A DNA stretch of 41,410 nt from Deltaproteobacteria bacterium (GTDB taxonomy: Bacteria; Myxococcota; JACRCW01): contig JACRCW010000070.1 in assembly GCA_016218805.1 (NCBI GenBank), positions 1 to 41,410 of the forward strand, in the 5' to 3' direction. Below the pieces are notes generated by a model. The model saw only the letters and a program-made list of their open reading frames with translations. It had not been told where the DNA came from and did not search any database. Shown piece after piece: positions 1 to 9,294 of the stretch. Each line of letters begins with the position of its first letter. Position 1 is the stretch's first letter. Made by a program: the position numbers and the translations under genes.

Positions 1-128
1 CTCAGGCCGCGAGAGCGAGCTCAACGTCATCGTTGGCACTCGTATGTTGCCTACCTTTTTGACGAGGGGACAGGCACCCCCGGCGCGCCACACGGACCTC
101 CCGACCCCCGTCGAAACCTTTCGCCCCC
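1..128 (-). ncRNA. ssrA: tmRNA, 5' portion (3' part lies outside the window)
   Basis: The minus strand from 128 reads GGGGGCGAAAGGTTTCGACGGGG, the canonical tmRNA 5' end. The internal tag ORF at 37..2 encodes ANDDVELALAA-stop, with the typical AND...ALAA pattern, close to the myxobacterial tag ANDNVELALAA as I recall it. Confidence 0.96.
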
Positions 129-147
129 GGGGGAAACAAGCTCACCC

Positions 148-176
148 ACTGTAGGGTGCCCCGTCGGGCGCCGCAA
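148..176 (-). promoter_or_regulatory. putative sigma70 promoter of ssrA
   Basis: Minus strand TTGCGG (176-171), 17-nt spacer, TACAGT (153-148), about 20 nt upstream of the mature tmRNA 5' end. Confidence 0.6.
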
Positions 177-247
177 TGCCGGGGGGTTGCCGCCGCACCC
201 GGGTGCATGATCTCCTGACCCCTTCCCTTTCAGCACGGGTGTGGCCC

Positions 248-1846
248 ATGGGTGTCCAGCTCATCATCAACGCGGAGAAGCACGAGACGCGGGTGGCGCT
301 CGTGGAGGACGGGGTCGTCGCGGAGTTGCTGTTTGAGCGCGCCAAGGAGCGCGGCATCGTCGGGAACATCTACAAGGGGCGCGTGCAGCGGGTGCTGCCG
401 GGGATGCAGGCGGCGTTTGTGGACGTGGGGCTGGACAAGGCGGCGTTCCTGTACGTGGGGGACATCCTGCCCAAGGCGCACCATGATGACGATGACGACG
501 AGGACAAGCCGCGCAAGGAGGAGGGGGGCGAGGGCGGCGGTGCCGGCGCGGGGGCCACCGCGGCGGAGGCGGAGGCGGAGCGCGAGGGCCAGCAGACGCG
601 GCCGGAGCGGCGGCGCGAGGACCTGCGCATTGAAGAGCTGGTGAAGGAGGGCCAGGAGATCCTGGTGCAGGTGACCAAGGATGCCATTGGCACCAAGGGC
701 GTGCGGGTGACCTGTCAGGTGACGCTGCCCGGGCGGCACCTGGTGTACATGCCCACGTCCAACCACGTGGGCATCTCGCGGCGCATTGTGGATGAGAGCG
801 AGCGCGCGCGGCTGCGGGAGATTGTGGACACGCTGCGGCCGGCGGGGACCGGTTTTGTGGTGCGCACCGCGTCTGAGGGCGTGCCGCGCGCCAAGCTCCA
901 GGCGGACATTGAGTTTCTTGTTGCGCTGTGGCGGGACGTGCAGAAGAAGAACGAGGCGATGCGCGCCCCGGCGCTCATCCACCCGGACCTGGACCTGATG
1001 CTGCGCGCCACGCGGGACATCTTCACCACGGACGTGGAGAAGCTGGTGGTGGATGACCGCGCCGCGCACGACCGTATTGTGGAGTTCATCAACGGCTTCC
1101 AGCCCAGCCTGGCGCGCGCGGTGGAACTGTACCAGGGGACCGAGCCGCTGTTTGACCACCTGGGCATTGAGCAGGAGGTCAGCCGCGCGCTCAGCCGCAA
1201 GGTGTGGCTCAAGAGCGGCGGATACATTGTCATTGACCAGGCGGAAGCGCTGTGCGCCATTGACGTCAACACCGGGCGCTACGTGGGCAAGCGCAACCTG
1301 GAAGACACCATCACCAAGACCAACATGGAGGCGGTGCGCGAGATTGCCTACCAGCTGCGGCTGCGCAACATGGGCGGGATGATTGTCATTGATTTCATTG
1401 ACATGGACCGCCAGCAGAACCGGGACAAGGTGCAGACCGCGCTGTTGGAGGAGCTCAAGAAGGACCGCGCGCGCACCAACGTGGTGCGCATCAGCGAGCT
1501 GGGCCTGGTGGAAATGACCCGCCAGCGCGTGCGCGAGAGCCTGGGGCGCCTGCTGACGGAGCCGTGCTTCTATTGTGACGGCCGCGGCACCATCAAGAGC
1601 AAACTCACCGTGGGCTACGAGGTGTTCCGCCAGGTCCGCCGCCTGGCGCCGTCCATCCGGGAGAAGGTGATTGTGGTGCACTGCCACCCCGAGGTGGCGG
1701 ACCTCATCTACGACACCGAGCGCGACCACCTGGAGGAACTGGAGACGCTGACGGGCAAGAAGCTGGTGATGCGGGCGCGTGGCAGTTTCCACCAGGAGCA
1801 ATTTGAGCTGTTTGGGACGGACGAAAAGTCCCTGCAGGGAGTGTGA
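248..1846 (+). CDS. rng: Ribonuclease G (Rne/Rng family)
   Basis: GNIYKGRVQRVLPGMQAAFVD S1 motif, IDVNTG, DFIDM and the CFYCDGRG Zn-link motif. No long RNase E C-terminal scaffold. ATG at 248 chosen because homology begins at MGVQLIIN. Confidence 0.95.
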   Translation: MGVQLIINAEKHETRVALVEDGVVAELLFERAKERGIVGNIYKGRVQRVLPGMQAAFVDVGLDKAAFLYVGDILPKAHHDDDDDEDKPRKEEGGEGGGAGAGATAAEAEAEREGQQTRPERRREDLRIEELVKEGQEILVQVTKDAIGTKGVRVTCQVTLPGRHLVYMPTSNHVGISRRIVDESERARLREIVDTLRPAGTGFVVRTASEGVPRAKLQADIEFLVALWRDVQKKNEAMRAPALIHPDLDLMLRATRDIFTTDVEKLVVDDRAAHDRIVEFINGFQPSLARAVELYQGTEPLFDHLGIEQEVSRALSRKVWLKSGGYIVIDQAEALCAIDVNTGRYVGKRNLEDTITKTNMEAVREIAYQLRLRNMGGMIVIDFIDMDRQQNRDKVQTALLEELKKDRARTNVVRISELGLVEMTRQRVRESLGRLLTEPCFYCDGRGTIKSKLTVGYEVFRQVRRLAPSIREKVIVVHCHPEVADLIYDTERDHLEELETLTGKKLVMRARGSFHQEQFELFGTDEKSLQGV

Positions 1847-1856
1847 CGGAGGGCGC

Positions 1857-2207
1857 ATGGCGGGCCGACAGGACGGCGAGGGCGGCGGACGCCGCGAGCA
1901 CGCGCGCGTGCCCGTGAACCACGAGTTCCGCAGCCTGGACGAGTTCATCCGCGAGTACGTGGCGGACATCAGCCGGGGCGGCGTGTTTGTCCGCACCGCG
2001 GAACCGCTGCCGGTGGGCACGCGCGTGGACCTGCGCTTCACGGTCATTGCTGACGAACTGGAGACGGTGGAGGGCCTGGGGACGGTGGTGCGCGCCGTGG
2101 CGCCGGGGGGCGCGGAGGCCGCGGGGATGGGCATTGCGTTTGACGACCTCACGCCACAGAGCCAGGCGGTGGTCAACCGCCTGACGCGGGACATTCCCCG
2201 CCGCTGA
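1857..2207 (+). CDS. PilZ-domain protein (myxobacterial TIGR02266-like), likely c-di-GMP binding
   Basis: RxxxR (REHAR) and DxSxGG (DISRGG) motifs, GMGIAF end motif, GGAGG RBS before ATG 1857. Confidence 0.9.
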   Translation: MAGRQDGEGGGRREHARVPVNHEFRSLDEFIREYVADISRGGVFVRTAEPLPVGTRVDLRFTVIADELETVEGLGTVVRAVAPGGAEAAGMGIAFDDLTPQSQAVVNRLTRDIPRR

Positions 2208-2282
2208 CCGCCGCGCACGCGCCGGCCGATGGTGCGCGCCCGCCGCGCCCTGTTAAGGTCCGCCGGTGGAGGCGCTGACGTC

Positions 2283-4565
2283 GTGACCCCATCGCAGCTC
2301 CGGGTCCTGTACACCGCGTGTGACCGCGTGCCCGGCCCCACCGCCGGCGGCGCGCGCCTGGGGCAGGTGATCCTCACGCTGGGCGGGTCGGTGGAGGCGG
2401 ACGGCCTCACCGTCAAGAGCGAGGAACTGGCGCACATCCAGCGCCTGGGCACCGCCCGCATGATGCGCGTGCCGGCGCCGGAGCAGGGCTTTGTGGAACG
2501 CGTCAGCGCGTTCCAGCGCGCGCTCAAACGGCAGTTGGAAGGGGACAGTTATGACCTGTGCCACGCCGCTGACGCGTGGGCGGGCGCGGTGGCCGCGCAG
2601 CACAAGGAGAACGCGCCCGACGTCAAGCTCATCACCGAGTTGACCGAGCTGCCGACGCAGACCCTCACCGAGCGGCACCCGCAGCTGCACGTGGAAGAGA
2701 AGATCCGTCAGATCATGCGCCGGGGCGAGGCCATGGTGCTGCAGCGCTCCGATGCGCTGGTGGTGGACAGCGTGGCCATGCGCACCATGCTGGTGCAATC
2801 CGGGGTGACCGCAGAGCGGGTCCACGTCATCCCGGCGGGCGTGGATGACACCGTTTTCTTCGCCTCCACCATTGAGCTGCGCCTCCACGAAGGGCAGTTC
2901 GTGGTCCTGTATGCCGGCGCGCCGGACCCGGCGCGCGGGTTGGGTACGTTCCTAGCCGCCCTCAAGACACTGCCGGCCGGCGTGCGCGGGGCGGTCACCC
3001 GCCAGCGTCCGCGGGAGCCGCAAGCCGAGGCGGCGGTGGCGCAGGCCGGGCTGACGGACCGCGTGACGTTTGTGGACGCCGCCAGCGCGCAGAAGCTGGC
3101 CTCCGCGTTCCAGTCCGTGGATGCCGTGGTGCTGTTGCCGTCCGCGGGCCCGGCAGCGCTGCACGCCGGACACGTGCCGCGGCGCCTGGTGGAGGCCATG
3201 GCGTGCCGCCGCGCCGTCGTGGTCACGGACCTGCCCGGGGTGCGTGAGGTGGTCCAGGACCGCCAGAACGGCATGCTGGTGCCCGCGGGCAACCCCAAGG
3301 CGCTGGCAGACGCGGTGGGGTTGCTGTTCAAGGACCCGGGCACGCGCGGGCGGCTGGCGCAGCGGGCGCAGGAGAGCGCCACGCTGTCCCCGTGGAGCGC
3401 CCGCGCTTCCGCTTACCGCAAGCTGTACACGGCGCTGCTGGGTCAGCCGTTTGAGACTGACGACGAGAAGAAGCCCCGCCCGGGCAGCCTGGCTGAGCGG
3501 GCGCGGGCCATGCGGGCGGCCAAGGCGCCGGGAGTGGGCATTGCCCGGGACGAGACCGCGCGCCCCGCCTCCGCGCGGGCCTCCAACCCGCCGGCCTCCG
3601 TGCGCACCTCGCCTCCCACCCCCGCTCCCCGCCCGGCCAGCGCGGCGCCACCCCCCGCGCCCGCGGTGGTCAGCCCGCCACCACCCGCCGCCGCCCGCGC
3701 CCCGGTCCCCGCCGCGGTGCCCCCCGCGGTGATGGTTGCCCCGGAACCCGCACCGTCGGCGGTTCCCGCGCCTTCCGTGCTGGCGCCGCCGCTGGCACAG
3801 GGCTCCATCCCGGAGCGTTCCCCGTTCGGGTCACCCACCACCGGGGGGGGCCTGCTCACCGCGCCCGTCCTGTCCGCGCCCGTGCTCCCACCGGTGCAGG
3901 ACGCGCCCGGCCAGGCCCCCGCCGCTTTCCTGCTGGAACCCACGCCCATGTCACCCCCCAGCGGCACCCGCGCAGACCCGGCGGACGCCGCGGACCCGTG
4001 GGGTGGGGACACGCTGGCGGTCAGCCACCCTCCATCCCAGATGGAGGAGACCTCGTCGCCACCGCAGGCGCTCGCCGGGGCCGCCCCCGCGGACGTCCCG
4101 CTCCCCGCCGTCCCGGCCATGACCGCGGCGCCCGCGCCGGTTGCCGGTGCGCCTGCGCCGGGCGCGGTCCTGCCGGAGCCTCCCGCCGCCCCCGCGCCTC
4201 GCCCCAGCGCCGGCGGCCCCGGGATGCGCTCGTTGGCGCTGCTGGATTCCCTTGACGACGACAGTGGCCCGCCGGTGCGGTCCGGCGGGGACGAGACCGA
4301 GCGCCTGGAACTCACCCCCAGCCACGTGGGCGCGCTCTACGGCAGAAAGCCCATGACGCTGCAGGCGGCCGGCATCGCCCGGTTTGGAAGCGACAGCGAG
4401 CAGCCAACGACCCAGACGGCGTCATCCACCCCGCCGGCCCCGCGGCCCGCCCCCGTGCCCGCGCCGCCGCCCGCCCCGGTGGCCCCGCCGCCCGCCACGC
4501 CACCCAAGCCGGTTCCGGAGGTGACCCCCGTGGGTCCGCCCCCTGACGAGCCCACCACCACCTGA
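2283..4565 (+). CDS. Glycosyltransferase family 4 with long Pro/Ala-rich disordered C-terminus
   Basis: GT-B motifs VIPAGVD, EAMACRRAVV, GVREVV..NGMLVP. GGAGG precedes GTG 2283; alternative start at 2229. Confidence 0.85.
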   Translation: MTPSQLRVLYTACDRVPGPTAGGARLGQVILTLGGSVEADGLTVKSEELAHIQRLGTARMMRVPAPEQGFVERVSAFQRALKRQLEGDSYDLCHAADAWAGAVAAQHKENAPDVKLITELTELPTQTLTERHPQLHVEEKIRQIMRRGEAMVLQRSDALVVDSVAMRTMLVQSGVTAERVHVIPAGVDDTVFFASTIELRLHEGQFVVLYAGAPDPARGLGTFLAALKTLPAGVRGAVTRQRPREPQAEAAVAQAGLTDRVTFVDAASAQKLASAFQSVDAVVLLPSAGPAALHAGHVPRRLVEAMACRRAVVVTDLPGVREVVQDRQNGMLVPAGNPKALADAVGLLFKDPGTRGRLAQRAQESATLSPWSARASAYRKLYTALLGQPFETDDEKKPRPGSLAERARAMRAAKAPGVGIARDETARPASARASNPPASVRTSPPTPAPRPASAAPPPAPAVVSPPPPAAARAPVPAAVPPAVMVAPEPAPSAVPAPSVLAPPLAQGSIPERSPFGSPTTGGGLLTAPVLSAPVLPPVQDAPGQAPAAFLLEPTPMSPPSGTRADPADAADPWGGDTLAVSHPPSQMEETSSPPQALAGAAPADVPLPAVPAMTAAPAPVAGAPAPGAVLPEPPAAPAPRPSAGGPGMRSLALLDSLDDDSGPPVRSGGDETERLELTPSHVGALYGRKPMTLQAAGIARFGSDSEQPTTQTASSTPPAPRPAPVPAPPPAPVAPPPATPPKPVPEVTPVGPPPDEPTTT

Positions 4566-4574
4566 GCGCGCCCC

Positions 4575-5621
4575 TCAGCGCCCCCACAGCGCCTGCAACG
4601 TGTTCTCGCCGGGCGGGCGGGCCACGCCCGCGTCCGTGATGATGGCCGTCACCAGCCGGGCCGGGGTCACGTCAAAGGCGGGGTTGAACACGCGCACCCC
4701 CTCCGCGGCCACGCGCGTGCCGCCCAGCGTTTCCACCTCAGCGGCGGCGCGTTCTTCAATCACAATGCCGCTGCCGTCCGGTGTTGCTGCGTCCAAGGTG
4801 GTGGTGGGCGCCGCGACGTAGAACGGCACGCCGTGGGCGTGCGCCGCCAGCGCCAGCGGGTAGGTCCCCACCTTGTTGGCCACATCCCCGTTGCGGGCAA
4901 TGCGGTCCGCGCCGACGACAACCGCGCCCACCGCGCCGCTCCGCAGCAGGGAGGCCGCCGCGCCGTCCGGCAGCAGCGTCACGTCCACGCCGTCGCGCAG
5001 CAGTTCCCACGCCGTCAGGCGCGCACCCTGCAGCAGCGGCCGCGTCTCATCCGCGAACACACGCAGCTTCTTGCCCAGCGCCAGCGCCCCGCGGATGACG
5101 CCCAGGGCGGTGCCCACCCCGCAGGTGGCCAGCGCGCCCGCGTTGCAGTGCGTGAGCACGCCGCCCTCGTCAGGGAGCAGCGCCCCGCCCAGGCGCGCCA
5201 TGCGCTCGCAGGCCACCGCGTCCGCGCGCGCCAGATCGTCCGCGGCGCGCCGCAACGCGGCCACGCGCGTGGCCGGATCACCCACGGCGGCGCGCCACGC
5301 GGCCATCCCCGCATCCAGCGCGTGGAACAGGTTGACCGCCGTGGGCCGGCTGGCGGCGAGCACCCGGCGCGCTTCCTCCACGGCGTCGTCCAGGCGGTCC
5401 GGGTGGTCCGCCGCAACCCGCGCCCCCAGCCACAGGCCGTACGCTGCCGCCGCGCCAATGAGCGGCGCCCCGCGCACCGCCAGCACCTTGATGGCGTCGG
5501 CCACCTCCACGGCGCTGCGCAAGACCAGGTGGACCTCGCGGGCCGGGAGTGCGCGCTGGTCCAGGATGACCAGCGCATCCGCCTGCGCGCGCCAGGCCAC
5601 CACCGCCGTCCGGATCTCCAT
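4575..5621 (-). CDS. mtnA: S-methyl-5-thioribose-1-phosphate isomerase
   Basis: ILDQRALP, VRGAPLIG, SRPTAVNL, LTHCNAGALAT, ETRPLLQGARLTAWEL, GADRIARNGDVANKVGTY, NPAFDVTP. AAGGAG RBS. Confidence 0.96.
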   Translation of the reverse strand: MEIRTAVVAWRAQADALVILDQRALPAREVHLVLRSAVEVADAIKVLAVRGAPLIGAAAAYGLWLGARVAADHPDRLDDAVEEARRVLAASRPTAVNLFHALDAGMAAWRAAVGDPATRVAALRRAADDLARADAVACERMARLGGALLPDEGGVLTHCNAGALATCGVGTALGVIRGALALGKKLRVFADETRPLLQGARLTAWELLRDGVDVTLLPDGAAASLLRSGAVGAVVVGADRIARNGDVANKVGTYPLALAAHAHGVPFYVAAPTTTLDAATPDGSGIVIEERAAAEVETLGGTRVAAEGVRVFNPAFDVTPARLVTAIITDAGVARPPGENTLQALWGR

Positions 5622-5686
5622 GCGCGTCACTCCTTCCACCGTCCTTTTGGCGGGGGCGGTGGATGCTACTAGCGTTGCCCGCACCG

Positions 5687-7621
5687 ATGGAGCGTTTCGG
5701 ACGGTACGTGCTGCTGGAGCGCATCGCCCACGGCGGCATGGCTGAGGTGTTCCGCGCCGCACAGCTGGGCCAGGAGGGGTTCGCGCGGCAGGTGGCCGTC
5801 AAGCGCATCCTCCCGCACCTGGCGCAGGAGGCGGAGTTCGTCGGCATGCTCGTGGATGAGGCGCGTATTGCCGCCACGCTGCACCACCCCAACATCCTGC
5901 CCGTGCTGGACCTGGGGCGCGAAGGGTCCGTGTACTTCATTGCCATGGAGTTTGTGTCCGGCCAGGCGCTGAACAACGTGGTGGCCCAGGCGCTGCGCGC
6001 CCGCGAACGCCTCCCGCACGCCTTGTGCGTCCACGTGGTCTCCCAGGCCCTGCGCGGGCTGGCGTTTGCCCACGAAAAGACCGACGCCACCGGCCGCCCC
6101 ATGGGCATCATCCACCGCGACGTCAGCCCGCAGAACATCATGGTGGGCTATGACGGGGCCGTGTGGCTGGCGGATTTTGGCATTGCCAAGGCGGCGGAGC
6201 GCTCCACGCAGACGCTGACCGGGTCCCTGAAGGGCAAGCCCGCGTACATGTCCCCGGAGCAGGTCACCCGCCACCAGGTGGACCAGCGCGTGGACCTGTA
6301 CGCCATGGGCGTGGTGCTCCACGAACTGCTGGCCATGCGCCGCATGCGCAAGGCGCAGAGCGACGTGCAGGTGCTGGTGGACGTGGCCGGCGGCCAGTAC
6401 CCGCGGCTCAACGAGCTGGGCGTGGAGCTCCCGGACGTCGTGGCGGATGCGCTGTACCGCGCGCTGGAGCCGGACCCGGACCGCCGCTGGCAGACGGCGC
6501 GCGCGTTTGCGGACGCGCTGGAGGCCGCCGCGGACGGCTGCGGGTGGAACTGCACCACCACGCAGGCGGGTCAGCAGATGCAGCGGCTCTTCCCACTGGA
6601 GATGGCCCGGGAGCGGGACGTCCAGGCGCGCTTCCAGGGACTCATGGAGGAGATGGCACGCGCCGCGCCTGATCAGATCAGCGCCATCATCCGCCGCGAA
6701 TCCGCCGACGAGCCCACCGCGGCGGGCAGCCCCGCGGGCGGCAACCCCCCCACGCCCCGCCCCGGCGCCGCGGCGGCGCTGCCGCCAGGGGTGACCCCGT
6801 TGTCCGCCACCCGCGTTGTGGCGTTCTCCGCGCTGCTGGGCGTGCTGGTGGCGGCGGCCGGCGTGGTGGGCTGGTGGTTCACCGTGGGGTCCCGCCAGGC
6901 GCCCGGTCAGCTCATTGTGGAGACCGCACCGCCCGGGGCCAGCGTCACGGTGGCCGGGCGTCCCATCCCCGGCACGGCGCCCGTCGTCGCCCCGTCGCTG
7001 GCGCCCGGCCCCGTGGAGATTGTGGTGATGCTGCCGGGTTGGCAGCTCCGCAAGGAGGTGGTGGTCATCCGCCCGGGTGCCACCGAAAAGGTCCGCCTGG
7101 TCCTGGACCCCGTGGAGGTCCGGGTGCCCGTTTCAACCACGCCGCCGGGGGCGCGCGTGGTGGTGGATGGCAGGGCGGTGGGCGCCACGCCCATGACCGT
7201 GGTGCTGCGCGGCGGCGCGCCCAGGGACCTGAAGTTGGAGCTGGACGGCTTCCTCCCGTGGCAGCGCGCCGTGCAGGCAGATGAGGCCCCCCCGCGCATT
7301 GACGCGGTCCTGGAGCGCGTCCCCTCGGCGTCCCCGCCCCCCGCCGAGCCCGCGCGCGCGGCTCAGCCCCCCGCGCGTAAGAACGACAAGACGCCCGCGC
7401 GCGCCGAGGGTGACGGCTTCCTGTCCCTGCAGTCCCGTCCGTGGGGCCGCATCCTGGTGGACGGAAAGGACACCGGGCGCTTCACGCCGGTGGCGGACCT
7501 GCCCATTCCGGCCGGCCGTCACACCGTGAAACTCATCAATGACGAGGAGAACCTGGGCACCGCGTTCCTGGTCACCGTGAAACCGGGGGAGACCGTGTCC
7601 CTGTTCAAGGAGCTGCGGTAG
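5687..7621 (+). CDS. Hanks-type Ser/Thr protein kinase with TM segment and PEGA domains
   Basis: GGMAEVF, VAVK, HRDVSPQN, DFG, YMSPEQ; TM near aa 390; repeated PEGA-like (T.PPGA.V.VDG) modules. Confidence 0.93.
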   Translation: MERFGRYVLLERIAHGGMAEVFRAAQLGQEGFARQVAVKRILPHLAQEAEFVGMLVDEARIAATLHHPNILPVLDLGREGSVYFIAMEFVSGQALNNVVAQALRARERLPHALCVHVVSQALRGLAFAHEKTDATGRPMGIIHRDVSPQNIMVGYDGAVWLADFGIAKAAERSTQTLTGSLKGKPAYMSPEQVTRHQVDQRVDLYAMGVVLHELLAMRRMRKAQSDVQVLVDVAGGQYPRLNELGVELPDVVADALYRALEPDPDRRWQTARAFADALEAAADGCGWNCTTTQAGQQMQRLFPLEMARERDVQARFQGLMEEMARAAPDQISAIIRRESADEPTAAGSPAGGNPPTPRPGAAAALPPGVTPLSATRVVAFSALLGVLVAAAGVVGWWFTVGSRQAPGQLIVETAPPGASVTVAGRPIPGTAPVVAPSLAPGPVEIVVMLPGWQLRKEVVVIRPGATEKVRLVLDPVEVRVPVSTTPPGARVVVDGRAVGATPMTVVLRGGAPRDLKLELDGFLPWQRAVQADEAPPRIDAVLERVPSASPPPAEPARAAQPPARKNDKTPARAEGDGFLSLQSRPWGRILVDGKDTGRFTPVADLPIPAGRHTVKLINDEENLGTAFLVTVKPGETVSLFKELR

Positions 7622-7633
7622 CCGCCGGCCCGC

Positions 7634-8050
7634 TCACACCGCGTGCACCGCGCCCACGGCGCGGCGCACCAGGCCCGCCACCTCCAGCATCGTGACGGCG
7701 GCGGCCACCTCGCCCGCGCGCAGGCCCGTCACCACGGCAATGTCGTCCAGCGGCAGCGGCCCGCCCTGGACCGCGTCCAGTACCGCCTGCTGGTGGGCGT
7801 CGCGGGGGACCTGGTCACGGGGGAGGGGCGCGCGCGGTCCACGCCCGGACGGGGCGTGTTCAAACAGATCCCCGGGGAGAACTTCCAGCGCGTCGCACAG
7901 CGCGTCCAGCGTGGCAAAGCGGATGCCGGCCGCGCGGCCGGACCTCAGGCGCGAGAGGTTGACGCGGGAGACGCCGGTGCGGCGGGACAGTTCCTCGACG
8001 GAGAGGTGCCGCTCCTCCAGCAATTCGGCAAGCCGCAGGCGGATGGGCAT
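7634..8050 (-). CDS. XRE/Cro-C1 (YozG-like) HTH regulator fused to a DprA-type C-terminal winged helix
   Basis: The N-terminus LAELLEERHLSVEELSRRTGVSRVNLSRL...IRFATLDALCDAL...PGDLF is YozG/HTH_26-like. The C-terminus ...PLDDIAVVTGL..GEVAAAVTMLEVAGLV resembles the DprA winged helix. GGAGG RBS. Confidence 0.85.
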   Translation of the reverse strand: MPIRLRLAELLEERHLSVEELSRRTGVSRVNLSRLRSGRAAGIRFATLDALCDALEVLPGDLFEHAPSGRGPRAPLPRDQVPRDAHQQAVLDAVQGGPLPLDDIAVVTGLRAGEVAAAVTMLEVAGLVRRAVGAVHAV

Positions 8051-8067
8051 GGGACCTCCGGGGGGGG

Positions 8068-8085
8068 CGTAATGTTTACATTACG
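8068..8085. promoter_or_regulatory. palindromic operator candidate CGTAATGT-tt-ACATTACG
   Basis: Perfect 8-bp inverted arms with a 2-nt spacer, AT-rich in a GC-rich context, 17 nt upstream of the XRE start codon. Confidence 0.7.
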
Positions 8086-8108
8086 GTCCGGGGGCACGCA
8101 CCCCCGGG

Positions 8109-9191
8109 CTACCCGAGGGCGCCGCGCGCGATCAGCAGGCCCATTCCTGGTGCGCCCACCGCCAGGGTCACCACGGCGGCCACCACCGCCACCGCGGCGG
8201 CGCCGCTCATGCCCACCTGGCCCACCCACCACCGCCGCTCCAGGCTGCTGCGCTGGTGGTCCGCGCCAAACTGGCCGTACTGCCAGCTCGTCACGGCGAA
8301 CAGCACCCCGCACGCCGCCGCACCCACTGCGCCGGCCAGCGCCGCCAGCCCGGTCAACGACGACACGCCCAGCAGGCCCAGGCCCGCCACCAGCAGCGGA
8401 GTGCGCGCGGGGGAGCCCGCGGCGGCGGGGGCGGGCGGGTTGCCGTCCGCCGCGGCAAGCGGCTGGACGGGGGGCGCGGGTTCCGGGGCGGGTTGCGCCT
8501 TCGCCTTGAGTGCGTCCAGGGCAACACGCGCGGCTTCCGGCGTGACGGCGAGGGACAGCGGCTGCACGGCGTCACCGCCGCGGGCCACGGGCGTGCCCCG
8601 GCGGTTGCGCGCCTCCAGGACCACCTGCAGGCTGCCCGCGGCCCCCGCGCGTTCCCACAGCGCGGCATCCGCCAGCTCTCCCTGCGCCTTGGGCCCTTCC
8701 AGCGCCAGCGGGAACTGCACATACCGCACGTCGCCGGGCGCCCGGGCAAACACAAACGCCTCCCTGGCCTCCGCCACCGCGCCCGCCAGGGTCACCTCCA
8801 GCGCGGTGCCTTGCAGCCGCGGCGGGCCAAACGTGACGCCGTGCGCTTTCAGGTAGTGGTCCGCGCGCTTCTTGAACGCCGCCCGCACATCCGGTGGCGT
8901 CTCCAGCTTGTTGGGCGTGAACAACGGCCGCACCGCCAGCAGCGCGTCAAACTCCTTCTCGGACAGGTCCCGCTTGCCCAGCGCGTGGTAGCAGGCGCCG
9001 CGGAACCAGTGGATGTCCACCAGTTCCTCCTCAGTCACGGACGGGGAGCGCGCGGCCTCGTCCAGCTTGGCCAGGGCGGGCCGCAGGTCACCCCTGAGGA
9101 AGGCCGCTTTGCCTGCCTCCACCTCCGGGCTGGCCCAGGCGGGGAGGGCGCCCAGCAGCCACAGCGCGGCAAGGGGAGGGAGGCGGCGCAC
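8109..9191 (-). CDS. Hypothetical exported/membrane protein with N-terminal TPR-like region and C-terminal TM helices
   Basis: Signal-like start (VRRLPPLAALWLLGALPAWA), TPR-like helices (IHWFRGACYHALGKRDLSEKEFDALL), Pro-rich linker and hydrophobic C-terminal segments. Start is estimated. Confidence 0.75.
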   Translation of the reverse strand: MRRLPPLAALWLLGALPAWASPEVEAGKAAFLRGDLRPALAKLDEAARSPSVTEEELVDIHWFRGACYHALGKRDLSEKEFDALLAVRPLFTPNKLETPPDVRAAFKKRADHYLKAHGVTFGPPRLQGTALEVTLAGAVAEAREAFVFARAPGDVRYVQFPLALEGPKAQGELADAALWERAGAAGSLQVVLEARNRRGTPVARGGDAVQPLSLAVTPEAARVALDALKAKAQPAPEPAPPVQPLAAADGNPPAPAAAGSPARTPLLVAGLGLLGVSSLTGLAALAGAVGAAACGVLFAVTSWQYGQFGADHQRSSLERRWWVGQVGMSGAAAVAVVAAVVTLAVGAPGMGLLIARGALG

Positions 9192-9221
9192 GGCTGCATC
9201 ATGGGGCGCTGCACGCGGCGG

Positions 9222-9267
9222 ATACAACAACGCCCCCGGCACCGAGTCGCCTCGGGCACCGGGGGCG
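9222..9267 (-). terminator. intrinsic terminator after atpE
   Basis: Stem CGCCCCCGG/CCGGGGGCG with inner CCGAG/CTCGG (9231-9267), followed on the minus strand by TTGTTGTAT. Confidence 0.6.
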
Positions 9268-9294
9268 CGTCTCACCGCGTCCGGCTGGAGCGGC

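Noticed and set aside
2..208. 68-aa ORF ending in ANDDVELALAA
   Set aside because: This is the tmRNA tag frame extended upstream by chance, not a normal CDS.
478..620. Acidic/Gly-rich insertion within the RNase G S1 region
   Set aside because: Variable low-complexity insertions at this position are common in Rne/Rng proteins, and there is no sign of an intein or intron.
230..2527. 765-aa antisense ORF over rng/PilZ
   Set aside because: Shadow frame of GC-rich coding DNA. It has no motifs and the opposite strand encodes clear proteins.
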